NCBI GenBank assembly: GCA_045862955.1 | Contig: BTVI01000019.1 | Span: forward strand, 981 to 64,980 | DNA length: 64,000 nucleotides | Reading direction: 5' to 3' | Source of the DNA: Fimbriimonadales bacterium | GTDB taxonomy: Bacteria > Armatimonadota > Fimbriimonadia > Fimbriimonadales > JABRVX01 | In this document: piece by piece, positions 33,076 to 41,698 of the stretch | Layout of the letters: each line of letters starts with the position of its first letter | Numbering within the stretch: position 1 is the stretch's first letter | The notes under the pieces: model-generated | Told to the model about the DNA's origin: nothing | The model's database searches: none | Seen by the model: the letters and a program-made list of their open reading frames with translations, nothing else | Program-made: the position numbers and the translations under genes

Positions 33076-36000
33076 ATGGCGGATTGGAGCAGCAGCATGC
33101 GGGTGGAGATGTTCGGGCACTCGGACGAGGTGCCGCTCACCAACGCCTGGGGGCAAAACTACCCGAGCTTCTTGGACGAGCCGATGGCGGGCCTGCTCGG
33201 CATCGAGCCGGGGCATCGGGTGCTAGACGTCGGTGGCGGGCAGTATCCGTTCGCCTATGCCGCGCTGAGTCTGGATGCGTTCGTGGACGACGACATCCAC
33301 CGTCAGGGTAAGGCTGCGGTGCGCACCGTGCCACTGGTCGCGGGGTACGCAGAGCGCATGCCGCTGAAGGACGGCTCCTTCGACTTCGTGATCAGCAGGC
33401 ACACTCTCGAGCACGTCCTGGACCCCGAGGCGGTGGCGAGAGAGATGAGCCGTGTAGCAAAGGGCGGCTTCGTGGATACCCCCGGACCCGTCTTCGAAAA
33501 CGTCCTCGGTTTTCCACCCCATCTATGGATTATCTCCGTGGAGGACGACACGCTGGTCTTTCGCAGGCGCAAGTGGCTGCGGAACCCGCTGCTGAATGCC
33601 ATGCGTCCGTTCTGGTGGTTCGACGCCGCCTCGCGGTTCGACTTCGAGTTGAAGTATCGGAACGTGACAATGACCCAGCATCGGTGGCAGGGAGAGCTGC
33701 GCGTGCGTGTAGAGGATGATGGCACCGCTCCAGACTATACGGCTCCGGAGAACGCCGCCCTCGCGCACCTGGACTTTGCGCTGAACGCCCTGACGATGTG
33801 CACGCCACCCGTGCACGAGGTGAAGCAGGACATTGCAATGGCCTTGCGCTTCCGCCCCGACTGGGCGTTGGCGCACAACGCTCTCGGCGTCGTTCTTTGG
33901 GCTGAGAACCGGCGGGAGGAAGCGTTGGAGCGTTTCCGGTTGGCAGCCGCGCTGGACCCGGCCCAGCGGGAGTTTGCCGAGAACGCACGGCTCGCTCCGT
34001 CTTCGGAGGGGCGCCCTAGGTTGGTGCCGCTGCCCGAAGAGCAAGTTCCCCCATACCCCGACGTTGCCCGGATGGCAGAAGACCTACAGATCGGCCCCGA
34101 GACCAGCGTGCTGGAGATCACTGGGTCTGCACCTTGGTTCGCACAGGCGGAAGTACGGCAGTTTCAGCCGGACGGCTCGCTGGCTACAGACAGGGCGCGT
34201 TACGACGTGGTGATCGTGCGCGAGGGTCTCGGCGAGGTGCAGGACCTCGGGGCGACGTTCGCGCGGCTGGAGTCCCTCGCCGGACGGGGATACGTGGAGC
34301 TACCGACCAAGACCGCAGCCGCCCTGCTCGCTTCACCGGCCATGCAGTGGTACGCCGAGCCATGGGGCTCTGGGCTCGCGGCGTTCCGACGTCCTGACGG
34401 GCAGAGCGCCTGCCGCCATCTGCTGGCAGTGCTGGAGCGCGTTCACGAGGACGTCGCGAGAAGGCTAGCAGCGAACCCGTATGGCGTAGTGCGTGTCGGC
34501 AAGACTTGGAAAGGGCGCATTGGCATCGAGATCCGCCGCACGCAAGGCTACGACGCATCGGATCCGGCGCAGAGGGCGCAGGCAGAGGCCGCGTATCGTA
34601 CATCCCTGAGCCGAGTCGGAGTGGCGGAGCCGCCGCGTCTTGCAGAGGACGAGAAGCGATCGCGGCCTCGGGGCCAGGGCACACCCGAGCCGCCGACCTG
34701 GCTCTTGCCACTCGCGGAAATGCTCTCCGAACCGCAAAGCAAGCGCCGCGGCTACTTCGTGGGCTGTCCCTCCTTGGGTGAAGCGGCTCGTGCTCGGGGC
34801 TGGAGCATTCTAGCAGGCACGCAGGCGATGCGAAAGGCGGAATTGCTGGTCGCGTGGCAGTGCGAAGCAATCTCGTCAGATACGCTCGTGAAGCTGGCTA
34901 CCGAGGCACGCCGGGGCAGTCTCGTGATCCTCGGCTTTCCGCCGTCCGAAAACTTCGAACACCTGCGGGGCAAGCTGGAGACGCTGTTCCAGGCAACCGT
35001 ACATTTCGTGGACCCGGACTCGGACTGCTCGCGGCTGGTGGCGGTGCTGTGGAATCGGGAACGCATCTCCGTGGCTCGGAAGACTCTGGTCTCTCTGCAC
35101 CGGAACGCCTTTCGCATGATGGGTGGCGGCGAAGCCGTGGTCTTTCAGACGCTGATGAAGGCGGGGCGCGAAGCAGGCGTGAGGGCCGACGTAACGGCAG
35201 CCTTGCGCTTGCGGCCAGACCCGCATGACGTAGTTCATGTGGTCTCGCTGTACCAACCCGACCACGCAGCGACTATTCGGAGCTGGCCGAAGCCGAAGGT
35301 CGTAATGCCCATTCACTGGGACGGTCCCCGGGTTCGCTGGGTCACTGCGGTTCTCCCCTATGTCCTGTCTCCAGACCGACCGGAAGAGGAGCGACGCCAG
35401 CTTCTGCGGCTCTACGCGGACCGCACGCTGGCGGCCAACGGCGTCACGCTGGAGCAGGCACGCGAATCGGGCGAAGTGATCCGGGCGTTGCGTTCCGTGC
35501 GCGACCTCGGAGACCGCGTGGTAGCGACGGGGCCGCAGGAACTGACAGCCATGGACCAGATGCTGGGTCCGACCTCGGCGGACACCGGCAGCGTGCATTT
35601 GGGTGTGGACACGGAACTGTTTCGGAGCGCCGATGCCAGACAGTTCGAGAGAGCCTTTGGCCTGCGTGACTTCGTGCTGTGCGTCGGACGCGTCGAGCCC
35701 ATGAAGAACCAACTCATGACTGCGTACGCGCTGCGCGAGACGGGCCGAAAGATCGTCTTGCTCGGAGGCTCGTCGGATCCCGAATACCTCGCTTTGTGTA
35801 AGCGCTGGGGTGGCGAACAGCTGGTGCACATCGCGAATCAGCCGCCGTGGATGGTGGCCTCCGCGTACAGAGCCGCTGCATGCCACGTGTTGGCCAGTTG
35901 GTGGGAGGTCCCGGGCCTCGTAAGTGTCGAGGCTGCCGTCGCGGGCTGCCCAGTGGTTGCCACCGAGTGCGGAACCATTCGACATTACCTAGGCGACGAT

Positions 36001-36504
36001 GCGTGGTACTGCGACCCGGCGGACCCCGACTCGATTCGTACGGCAGTGGAGGAGGCGTGCGGGGCGAAGGGCTCGGAGCGCGTACGCCGATTGCAGGAGC
36101 GGTGCAGCGCCGAGTTCTCGCACCGCCGATGCGCCCAGGCCTATCGCGCCATCTACGACGATTTGGCAGGAGCGGGGCGCCGCCGATTCCTACTCACGCC
36201 GGACTGGCAGCGGCGGGAGACTTGGGAGCCGTTCGTACGGGAATACCTCCGCACCTACTCCCAAGCGGACAGCGTGACCTTGTGCCTTCTGGTTGAGGAG
36301 CCGACCGGGGCAGGCGCCGAAGAGGCGGAGAGGATGGTGCAGGACCTGCTTGCGAAGGAGGAGATCGAGCTGGAGTCCTGCGCGGACATAGAGCTGGTGG
36401 ACCTGGCATCGGTCGGCACGATCGCCGGGCTCATCGGGTGCGGGTCGGAGGCGGAAGCGAAGCTCCACGCGGCGTTGGGGCTGACGGCAGAGAAGGTGGC
36501 CTAG
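33076..36504 (+). CDS. Giant multidomain protein: class I SAM methyltransferase, TPR, two degenerate MTase-like modules, a GT4 (group 1) glycosyltransferase, and a C-terminal conserved tail
   Basis: Start at MADWSS (ATG 33076, SD GAGGAGG). MTase motifs are VLDVGGGQYPF and MPLKDGSFDFVISRHTLEHVLDPEAVAREMSRVAKGG. The TPR-like segment is ALAHNALGVVLWAENRREEALERFRLAAALDP. The GT1 C-domain is GRVEPMKNQ...WWEVPGLVSVEAAVAGCPVVATECG. The tail begins FLLTPDWQRRETWEPFVREYL. Confidence 0.75.
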   Translation: MADWSSSMRVEMFGHSDEVPLTNAWGQNYPSFLDEPMAGLLGIEPGHRVLDVGGGQYPFAYAALSLDAFVDDDIHRQGKAAVRTVPLVAGYAERMPLKDGSFDFVISRHTLEHVLDPEAVAREMSRVAKGGFVDTPGPVFENVLGFPPHLWIISVEDDTLVFRRRKWLRNPLLNAMRPFWWFDAASRFDFELKYRNVTMTQHRWQGELRVRVEDDGTAPDYTAPENAALAHLDFALNALTMCTPPVHEVKQDIAMALRFRPDWALAHNALGVVLWAENRREEALERFRLAAALDPAQREFAENARLAPSSEGRPRLVPLPEEQVPPYPDVARMAEDLQIGPETSVLEITGSAPWFAQAEVRQFQPDGSLATDRARYDVVIVREGLGEVQDLGATFARLESLAGRGYVELPTKTAAALLASPAMQWYAEPWGSGLAAFRRPDGQSACRHLLAVLERVHEDVARRLAANPYGVVRVGKTWKGRIGIEIRRTQGYDASDPAQRAQAEAAYRTSLSRVGVAEPPRLAEDEKRSRPRGQGTPEPPTWLLPLAEMLSEPQSKRRGYFVGCPSLGEAARARGWSILAGTQAMRKAELLVAWQCEAISSDTLVKLATEARRGSLVILGFPPSENFEHLRGKLETLFQATVHFVDPDSDCSRLVAVLWNRERISVARKTLVSLHRNAFRMMGGGEAVVFQTLMKAGREAGVRADVTAALRLRPDPHDVVHVVSLYQPDHAATIRSWPKPKVVMPIHWDGPRVRWVTAVLPYVLSPDRPEEERRQLLRLYADRTLAANGVTLEQARESGEVIRALRSVRDLGDRVVATGPQELTAMDQMLGPTSADTGSVHLGVDTELFRSADARQFERAFGLRDFVLCVGRVEPMKNQLMTAYALRETGRKIVLLGGSSDPEYLALCKRWGGEQLVHIANQPPWMVASAYRAAACHVLASWWEVPGLVSVEAAVAGCPVVATECGTIRHYLGDDAWYCDPADPDSIRTAVEEACGAKGSERVRRLQERCSAEFSHRRCAQAYRAIYDDLAGAGRRRFLLTPDWQRRETWEPFVREYLRTYSQADSVTLCLLVEEPTGAGAEEAERMVQDLLAKEEIELESCADIELVDLASVGTIAGLIGCGSEAEAKLHAALGLTAEKVA

Positions 36505-36545
36505 CTCCAAGTGCGCCGGGCGCGAATTGCGGTGAGAGTTCCAAC

Positions 36546-36622
36546 TGGTCGGGGCGGGCGGATTTGAACCGCCGACCTCACCCACCCGAAAGGTGCGCTC
36601 TACCAAGCTGAGCCACGCCCCG
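36546..36622 (-). tRNA. tRNA-Pro (anticodon CGG), CCA encoded
   Basis: Hand-folded cloverleaf. The acceptor is CGGGGCG/CGCCCCG. The D arm is GCTC-AGCTTGGTA-GAGC. The anticodon arm is CACCT-TTCGGGT-GGGTG (CGG, with G37). The T arm is GGCGG-TTCAAAT-CCGCC. The discriminator is A, followed by CCA. Confidence 0.9.
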
Positions 36623-37266
36623 CCAACCGAACGAAGCATACCACATCGTGGACAGCCTGCCACAGGCAGATGGACCGGCCCGGCTCGCGACAGCCGGGCC
36701 GGCACGCGCCCCATGGGTACCATGGGTTGCCCTAGGGGTTCTCTCTCTCCCTTCGCAGTGTCGATGCGTAAGATCGTAATGCGATTCGCCCGTGCTGCAT
36801 AGCACGGGCGCGATGCATGCGGAGTGCCGGACCAAGGAGGTCGAGGTCCAGCGACGTGGCTATGTCGGATGCAGAGAAGGCACGGCAGTGACGCGGCTCG
36901 CCGCGCTGGAAGCGGGAGCGGAACGAGATCTCGGAACCGGCACATACCGGCCCGAACCGGGCAGCATCGCACTCGAACATCTCGTCGGTCCGCCTGAAGC
37001 TGTGGAGACCGACCGGTTTCCGCAGCCACTCTCCTATTGCAGTCGGGAGCATTCCGCCCGACAGGCCAACAGATTATACAGCAATAACTCGGATCGCGCC
37101 ACTTTTTGTGCCCTATAGCCAACGAAGAATGCACATTTCTGTTGATAACGCAAAGGAACGTTCTTCGCAGCTCGTGGGCCCTCGCAGGCAGGTGGTCAGC
37201 CCATCGAGAACGAACTGAGGACCGGGGCGTGCCGAAACCAAAGCCACCCGTCCGAGGAGTGCTGTG

Positions 37267-38913
37267 ATGCCTGAAGCCACCGACGTCAATAGGCTGTGCG
37301 ACGAAGTCGTTGATAGTGAGCTCCGGCGAAGCCCGGAGTTCGCAACCTATGCGGGAGTACACGATTACGATGACGAGGTGACCGATCACTCTCCCGCTGC
37401 AGTGGAGGCTGCGATCCGCGAGCGCTCCGGTCAGGCGCGCCGCCTCGAGACGATAGACCCCACGGGTCTCGACGAGGATAGCGCGCTGGACCGAGACCTC
37501 ACGCTGGCCTTCCTGCGTGGGCAGATTGTGTACGAAGAGGAGGTGCGCATGAGTTCGCGCACCCCCGACGAGATCCTTGGGAGCTTCTGCTGGGGCCTCT
37601 TCACTCCCTCCAAACGTACCTTTGCCCCGCCCGAAGTGCGGATGAGAAACGTCATCTCTCGACTGGAGAAGTTCCCTGCTGTGGCCGAGGCTGCGCGGGC
37701 CCGCCTCACCGACCCATCGCGCATCCCATTGGACATCGCCGCCAGCTCTCTGCGAGACACCATCCCCTTCCTGGAGAACTCACTCCCAACGGCGTTTGCG
37801 GTGGTGCAGGATCAGGCGATGCAAGCCCGTCTGAGGAGTGCCATCGAAGTGGCTGTCAGCGAGTACCGCCGGATGTTAGTATGGTGCGAGGAAAAGAAGG
37901 CTGCGGCTACGCCCGAGTTTGCCATCGGCGAAAAGGCCTACGAGTCTTACATGCGACAGGCAGAGCTGATAGATATGCCGCTTAGCGAAGTGTTCGAGAT
38001 CGGACAGCAAGAGCTGAACCGTCTCAGTGAGGCATTTATCGCCACATGCGGCGAGATCGATGCATCGGCCACACCTGCCGAGGTGTTCGAGGCTCTCTCG
38101 AAAGACCACCCTGCCGCCGATGAACTACTAACATATACATCCAGCCTACTGGAGGACCTGCGCACTTTCTGCGTGGAGAGGGAGATACTGACATTTCCGA
38201 GCGAGGTACGTTGCACGGTCGAGCCTACACCGGAGTTCTTCCGCGAGTTGACTTTTGCCAGCATGGACACGCCGGGGCCGTTCGAGCAGAACTCTACGGA
38301 GGCATTCTACAACGTTACAACGGCCCTGCCGGAGTGGGATGCCGATACCACCGAGCAACACATGCGTTCCTACAACCGCTACACGCTAACATCCACCAGC
38401 GTACACGAAGCCTATCCCGGCCACTACACGCAGTTCCTACACCAACACCTATGGGGGTCGAGGGCACGCAAGCTGTTCGGCTCCTACTCCGCGGTCGAGG
38501 GGTGGGCGCACTATGTGGAGGAGATGGTGATCGAGCAGGGGCTGAACGGGGGCGATGCTAGGTTCCACCTCGGGCAGATCCAGGAGGCGCTGCTGCGAGC
38601 TTGTAGGCTGGTGGTAGGCATCGGTATGCACACCGGCGAGATGAGCTATGAAGAGGCCGTGAGTGTGTTCCAGAAGAAAGGCTACTTGGAGCCAGTGAAC
38701 GCAGTGCGCGAGGCGCGACGCGGCACCGTGGACCCGTTCTACAGCAGCTACACGCTCGGCAAGCTGATGATGCTGAAGCTACGCGAAGACTTCATGGCTC
38801 AGAACCGTGGCACATCGCTGAAGCAGTTCCACGATCGGTTCTTGTGCATCGGCACTCCTCCCATCCCTCTGGTCCGCAAGAAGATGCTGGGCGAGGTAGG
38901 TCGGCCCCTGTAA
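37267..38913 (+). CDS. DUF885-family protein (putative metallopeptidase-like)
   Basis: ATG 37267 lies 8 nt after GAGGAG. HEAYPGHYTQF is the DUF885 HExxPGH signature. The length (~548 aa) is typical. Confidence 0.7.
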   Translation: MPEATDVNRLCDEVVDSELRRSPEFATYAGVHDYDDEVTDHSPAAVEAAIRERSGQARRLETIDPTGLDEDSALDRDLTLAFLRGQIVYEEEVRMSSRTPDEILGSFCWGLFTPSKRTFAPPEVRMRNVISRLEKFPAVAEAARARLTDPSRIPLDIAASSLRDTIPFLENSLPTAFAVVQDQAMQARLRSAIEVAVSEYRRMLVWCEEKKAAATPEFAIGEKAYESYMRQAELIDMPLSEVFEIGQQELNRLSEAFIATCGEIDASATPAEVFEALSKDHPAADELLTYTSSLLEDLRTFCVEREILTFPSEVRCTVEPTPEFFRELTFASMDTPGPFEQNSTEAFYNVTTALPEWDADTTEQHMRSYNRYTLTSTSVHEAYPGHYTQFLHQHLWGSRARKLFGSYSAVEGWAHYVEEMVIEQGLNGGDARFHLGQIQEALLRACRLVVGIGMHTGEMSYEEAVSVFQKKGYLEPVNAVREARRGTVDPFYSSYTLGKLMMLKLREDFMAQNRGTSLKQFHDRFLCIGTPPIPLVRKKMLGEVGRPL

Positions 38914-38941
38914 GACGCGCTGCGCCGGTAGAATCCTGCCG

Positions 38942-40270
38942 ATGGAGGGAAGGGTCACGATCCTAGGCGGCGGGTTCGCCGGCGTGGAGGCTGCGTGGGC
39001 AGCTGCGCAGCGTGGCGTGCGCGTGCGCCTCGTCGAGATGCGCCCAGGGACAATGACCCCAGCGCACAAGAGCGGGTTTCTGGGCGAGCTGGTGTGCAGC
39101 AACTCCTTCAAGTCCGCGCTTCCGGACAGCCCCTCCGGCGAGCTGAAGGCAGAAATGGAGATGCTGGGATCGCTGGTGATCCCGGTCGCTCGTCAATTCG
39201 CTGTGCCGGCCGGTGAGGCGCTCGCGGTGGATCGAGAGCTCTTCGCCGAGGAGATCACTCGCCGAGTCGAAGCGCACCCTCTTATCGAGGTGGAACGAGT
39301 GGAGGCAACGGAGCTTCCTGCCGACAGGCCGTTGGTGGTAGCCACGGGTCCGCTTACGTCGGATCGGCTCGGCGAAGCCATCGCGCGCCTTACCGGGCGG
39401 CAGCACCTGTACTTTTATGACGCGGTGTCACCGACCGTGGAGGCGAGCAGCCTCGACCACTCTGTCGTCTTCCCACAGTCGCGCTATGACAAGGGTGGCG
39501 GGGACTATCTGAACTGCCCGATGAACGAAGAGCAATACGAGGCGTTCGTGGACGCGCTCTTGGCCGCCGAGCAGGTCCCGCTGCACGATTTCGAGCAGCC
39601 GCAGTACTTCGAGGGTTGCCTTCCCATCGAAGAGATAGCGCGTCGTGGCCGGAGATCGCTGGCATTCGGCAACTTCAAGCCGGTTGGTCTGACCAACCCC
39701 GGGTCTGGCGACAGGCTGTACGCTGTTGTACAACTTAGGCCGGAAAACTTAGACAAAACCCTCTACAGCCTAGTCGGCTGCCAGACGCGGATGAAGTGGG
39801 GAGAGCAGCGCCGTGTCTTCCGGATGATTCCGGGCTTGGAGCAGGCAGAGTTCGTGCGCTACGGCGTCATTCACCGCAACACGTACTTGGACTCTCCCAG
39901 ACTGCTGTTTCCAACGCTGCAGTTTCGCCGGGACGACGGGCTGTACTTTGCCGGGCAGCTGGTAGGAGTCGAGGGATACATCGAGTCGGCGGCGGCCGGC
40001 ATCGTCGCCGGAATCAACGCGGCGCGCGCCGCGCGAGGACACGGGCCGGTGACCCCGCCACGACAGAGCATGATCGGTGCGCTGCTGGAGTACGCGGCTA
40101 CGTGTCCGGCCAAGGATTTCGCCCCGATGAACGCCAACTGGGGCCTGCTTCCCGATCCCGAACCGCCGATTCGGGACAAGCAGCAGCGCCGCAATGCTAA
40201 GCTGGCAGCCGCGCGGGACGCGATGCGACGGTTCGTTCGTGAGGACCTGGGGGAGAGCTGCGATGGATGA
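38942..40270 (+). CDS. trmFO: Methylenetetrahydrofolate--tRNA-(uracil54-C5)-methyltransferase
   Basis: The FAD motif is VTILGGGFAGVEAAWAAA. AHKSGFLGELVCSNSFKS, GCQTRMKWGEQRRVFRMIPGLE and FAGQLVGVEGYIESAA are typical of TrmFO (Gid). Confidence 0.9.
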   Translation: MEGRVTILGGGFAGVEAAWAAAQRGVRVRLVEMRPGTMTPAHKSGFLGELVCSNSFKSALPDSPSGELKAEMEMLGSLVIPVARQFAVPAGEALAVDRELFAEEITRRVEAHPLIEVERVEATELPADRPLVVATGPLTSDRLGEAIARLTGRQHLYFYDAVSPTVEASSLDHSVVFPQSRYDKGGGDYLNCPMNEEQYEAFVDALLAAEQVPLHDFEQPQYFEGCLPIEEIARRGRRSLAFGNFKPVGLTNPGSGDRLYAVVQLRPENLDKTLYSLVGCQTRMKWGEQRRVFRMIPGLEQAEFVRYGVIHRNTYLDSPRLLFPTLQFRRDDGLYFAGQLVGVEGYIESAAAGIVAGINAARAARGHGPVTPPRQSMIGALLEYAATCPAKDFAPMNANWGLLPDPEPPIRDKQQRRNAKLAAARDAMRRFVREDLGESCDG

Positions 40271-41147
40271 AGCCATCGAGCGGTTTCTCGGGCATCTGGC
40301 CACGAGTCGCGCCGCGCACACGGTGAAGGCGTACGCCACCGACCTAGCCCAGTTCGCCGAGGTGTGCGAACAGGCAGGCGTCGGGTCACCAGCGGAGGTC
40401 CAGCCAGAGCACGTGCGCAGGTTTCTCCGCGCCTTCGCGCACGCCAAGGCCTCGACGCCAGCGCGAAAGCTATACGCCGTTCGCAGTTTCTATCGCTTTC
40501 TTCGTTCGCGGGGTGTGGTGGAGAGAGACCCGACGCTAGAGGTAGAGGCTCCCATCCGCCGCGAGCGGTTGCCCAAGGCACTGACCGCGAAACAGGCCGC
40601 TCAGTTGGTGGAAGAGCCACAGGGCACAGAACCGGCGGCGTTACGGGATCGGGCGGCGCTAGAACTACTGTACGGTGCCGGTCTCCGAGTGGCGGAATTG
40701 TGCAACTTGGACCTCACTGACCTGGACATAACTGGCGGCACCTGCCGTGTGCTCGGAAAGGGCTCCAAGGAGCGCGTAGCCGTATTCGGCCGAGCTGCAG
40801 CGGAGGCATTGGCGGAGTATGTGACGCACGGCAGGCCGAGGCTGCTTGCGAAACGGGAAGAGCCGGCGCTGTTCCTAAACGCGAAGGGTGGTCGGTTGAC
40901 AGTGCGCTCCGTCCATCGGCTGGTGCGTAGGGCGGCAGAACGGGCGGGGCTCCGGGCGAGTCCGCATACGCTGCGACATTCCTTCGCCACGCACCTGTTA
41001 GATGGCGGCGCCGACCTCAGGAGCGTTCAGGAACTTCTGGGCCATGCGCGGATCCAAACGACTCAGGTGTATACGCACCTAAGCATCGAGCGACTCCGCA
41101 AGGCATACGAACTGGCCCACCCACGGGCCGAGGAGGAAGAGCTATGA
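40263..41147 (+). CDS. xerC: Tyrosine recombinase XerC/XerD family (CodV-like)
   Basis: Start at MDEAIERFLGHL, overlapping the trmFO stop by 8 nt. The catalytic contexts are GLRVAEL, HTLRHSFATHLL, LLGHARIQTTQVYTH (R-H-R-H-Y). It sits in the conserved trmFO-xerC-hslV position. Confidence 0.85.
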   Translation: MDEAIERFLGHLATSRAAHTVKAYATDLAQFAEVCEQAGVGSPAEVQPEHVRRFLRAFAHAKASTPARKLYAVRSFYRFLRSRGVVERDPTLEVEAPIRRERLPKALTAKQAAQLVEEPQGTEPAALRDRAALELLYGAGLRVAELCNLDLTDLDITGGTCRVLGKGSKERVAVFGRAAAEALAEYVTHGRPRLLAKREEPALFLNAKGGRLTVRSVHRLVRRAAERAGLRASPHTLRHSFATHLLDGGADLRSVQELLGHARIQTTQVYTHLSIERLRKAYELAHPRAEEEEL

Positions 41148-41698
41148 ACATCCACGCTACCACGATTCTGGGGGTGAAGCGGGACGGCACGGTCGCCATC
41201 GGCGGCGATGGGCAGGTGACGCTGGCGGACCAAGCGGTGGTGCTGAAACACACGGCACGGAAGGTGCGAAGGCTGGCAGGCGGGTCGGTGATCGCGGGCT
41301 TCGCAGGAGCCGTCGCCGATGCACAGGCGCTGGCCGACAAGATCGAAGGGAAGATCGAGGCCAGCCGAGGCAACCTGCGAAGGGCGGCTGTCGAGTTTGC
41401 CAAGGAGTGGCGGACGGATAAGATCCTGCGCCAGCTGAACGCGATTCTCGTGGTGGCGGACAAGGACGCGATGCTGGTGGTGACGGGCGACGGCAACGTG
41501 CTAGAACCCGACTCGGGGGTGGTGGGCGTCGGCAGTGGGGGGCCATATGCGCAGGCCGCAGCCACCGCATTGCTCGCACACACCTCGCTAAGCGCCGAGC
41601 AGATCGTGTCCGAGGCACTCTCGATCGCCGCCGACATCTGTGTGTACACCAATCGCAACCTTACCATCGAGACGATTCCGGCAGAAGGAGGCTCCTAG
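41144..41698 (+). CDS. hslV: ATP-dependent protease subunit HslV (ClpQ)
   Basis: MNIHATTILGVKRDGTVAIGGDGQVT...KHTARKVRRL...GFAGAVADA...GSGGPYA closely resembles B. subtilis ClpQ. It overlaps the xerC stop by 4 nt. Confidence 0.9.
   Translation: MNIHATTILGVKRDGTVAIGGDGQVTLADQAVVLKHTARKVRRLAGGSVIAGFAGAVADAQALADKIEGKIEASRGNLRRAAVEFAKEWRTDKILRQLNAILVVADKDAMLVVTGDGNVLEPDSGVVGVGSGGPYAQAAATALLAHTSLSAEQIVSEALSIAADICVYTNRNLTIETIPAEGGS

Noticed and set aside
34876-35985. 369-aa antisense ORF inside the giant MTase-TPR-GT gene. Similar long antisense ORFs occur at 10442-11482 (346 aa, opposite pheT), 60825-61775 (316 aa), 28714-29508 (264 aa) and 3022-3792 (256 aa).
   Set aside because: Each lies opposite a gene with clear family motifs. 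Their compositions are Arg/Ala/Pro/Gly-biased with no recognisable domains. Open antisense frames are expected at this GC content.
36190-37389. 399-aa minus-strand ORF, one of the longest in the track.
   Set aside because: It runs through tRNA-Pro and overlaps the 3' end of the 1142-aa gene and the 5' end of the DUF885 gene. It is Arg/Pro/Ala-rich and low in complexity, which is typical of a high-GC antisense artefact.
40263-41147. Tyrosine recombinase as a marker of an integrated mobile element.
   Set aside because: It sits in the conserved housekeeping trmFO-xerC-hslV arrangement with overlapping start and stop codons. No att-like direct repeats, phage genes or transposon genes flank it.
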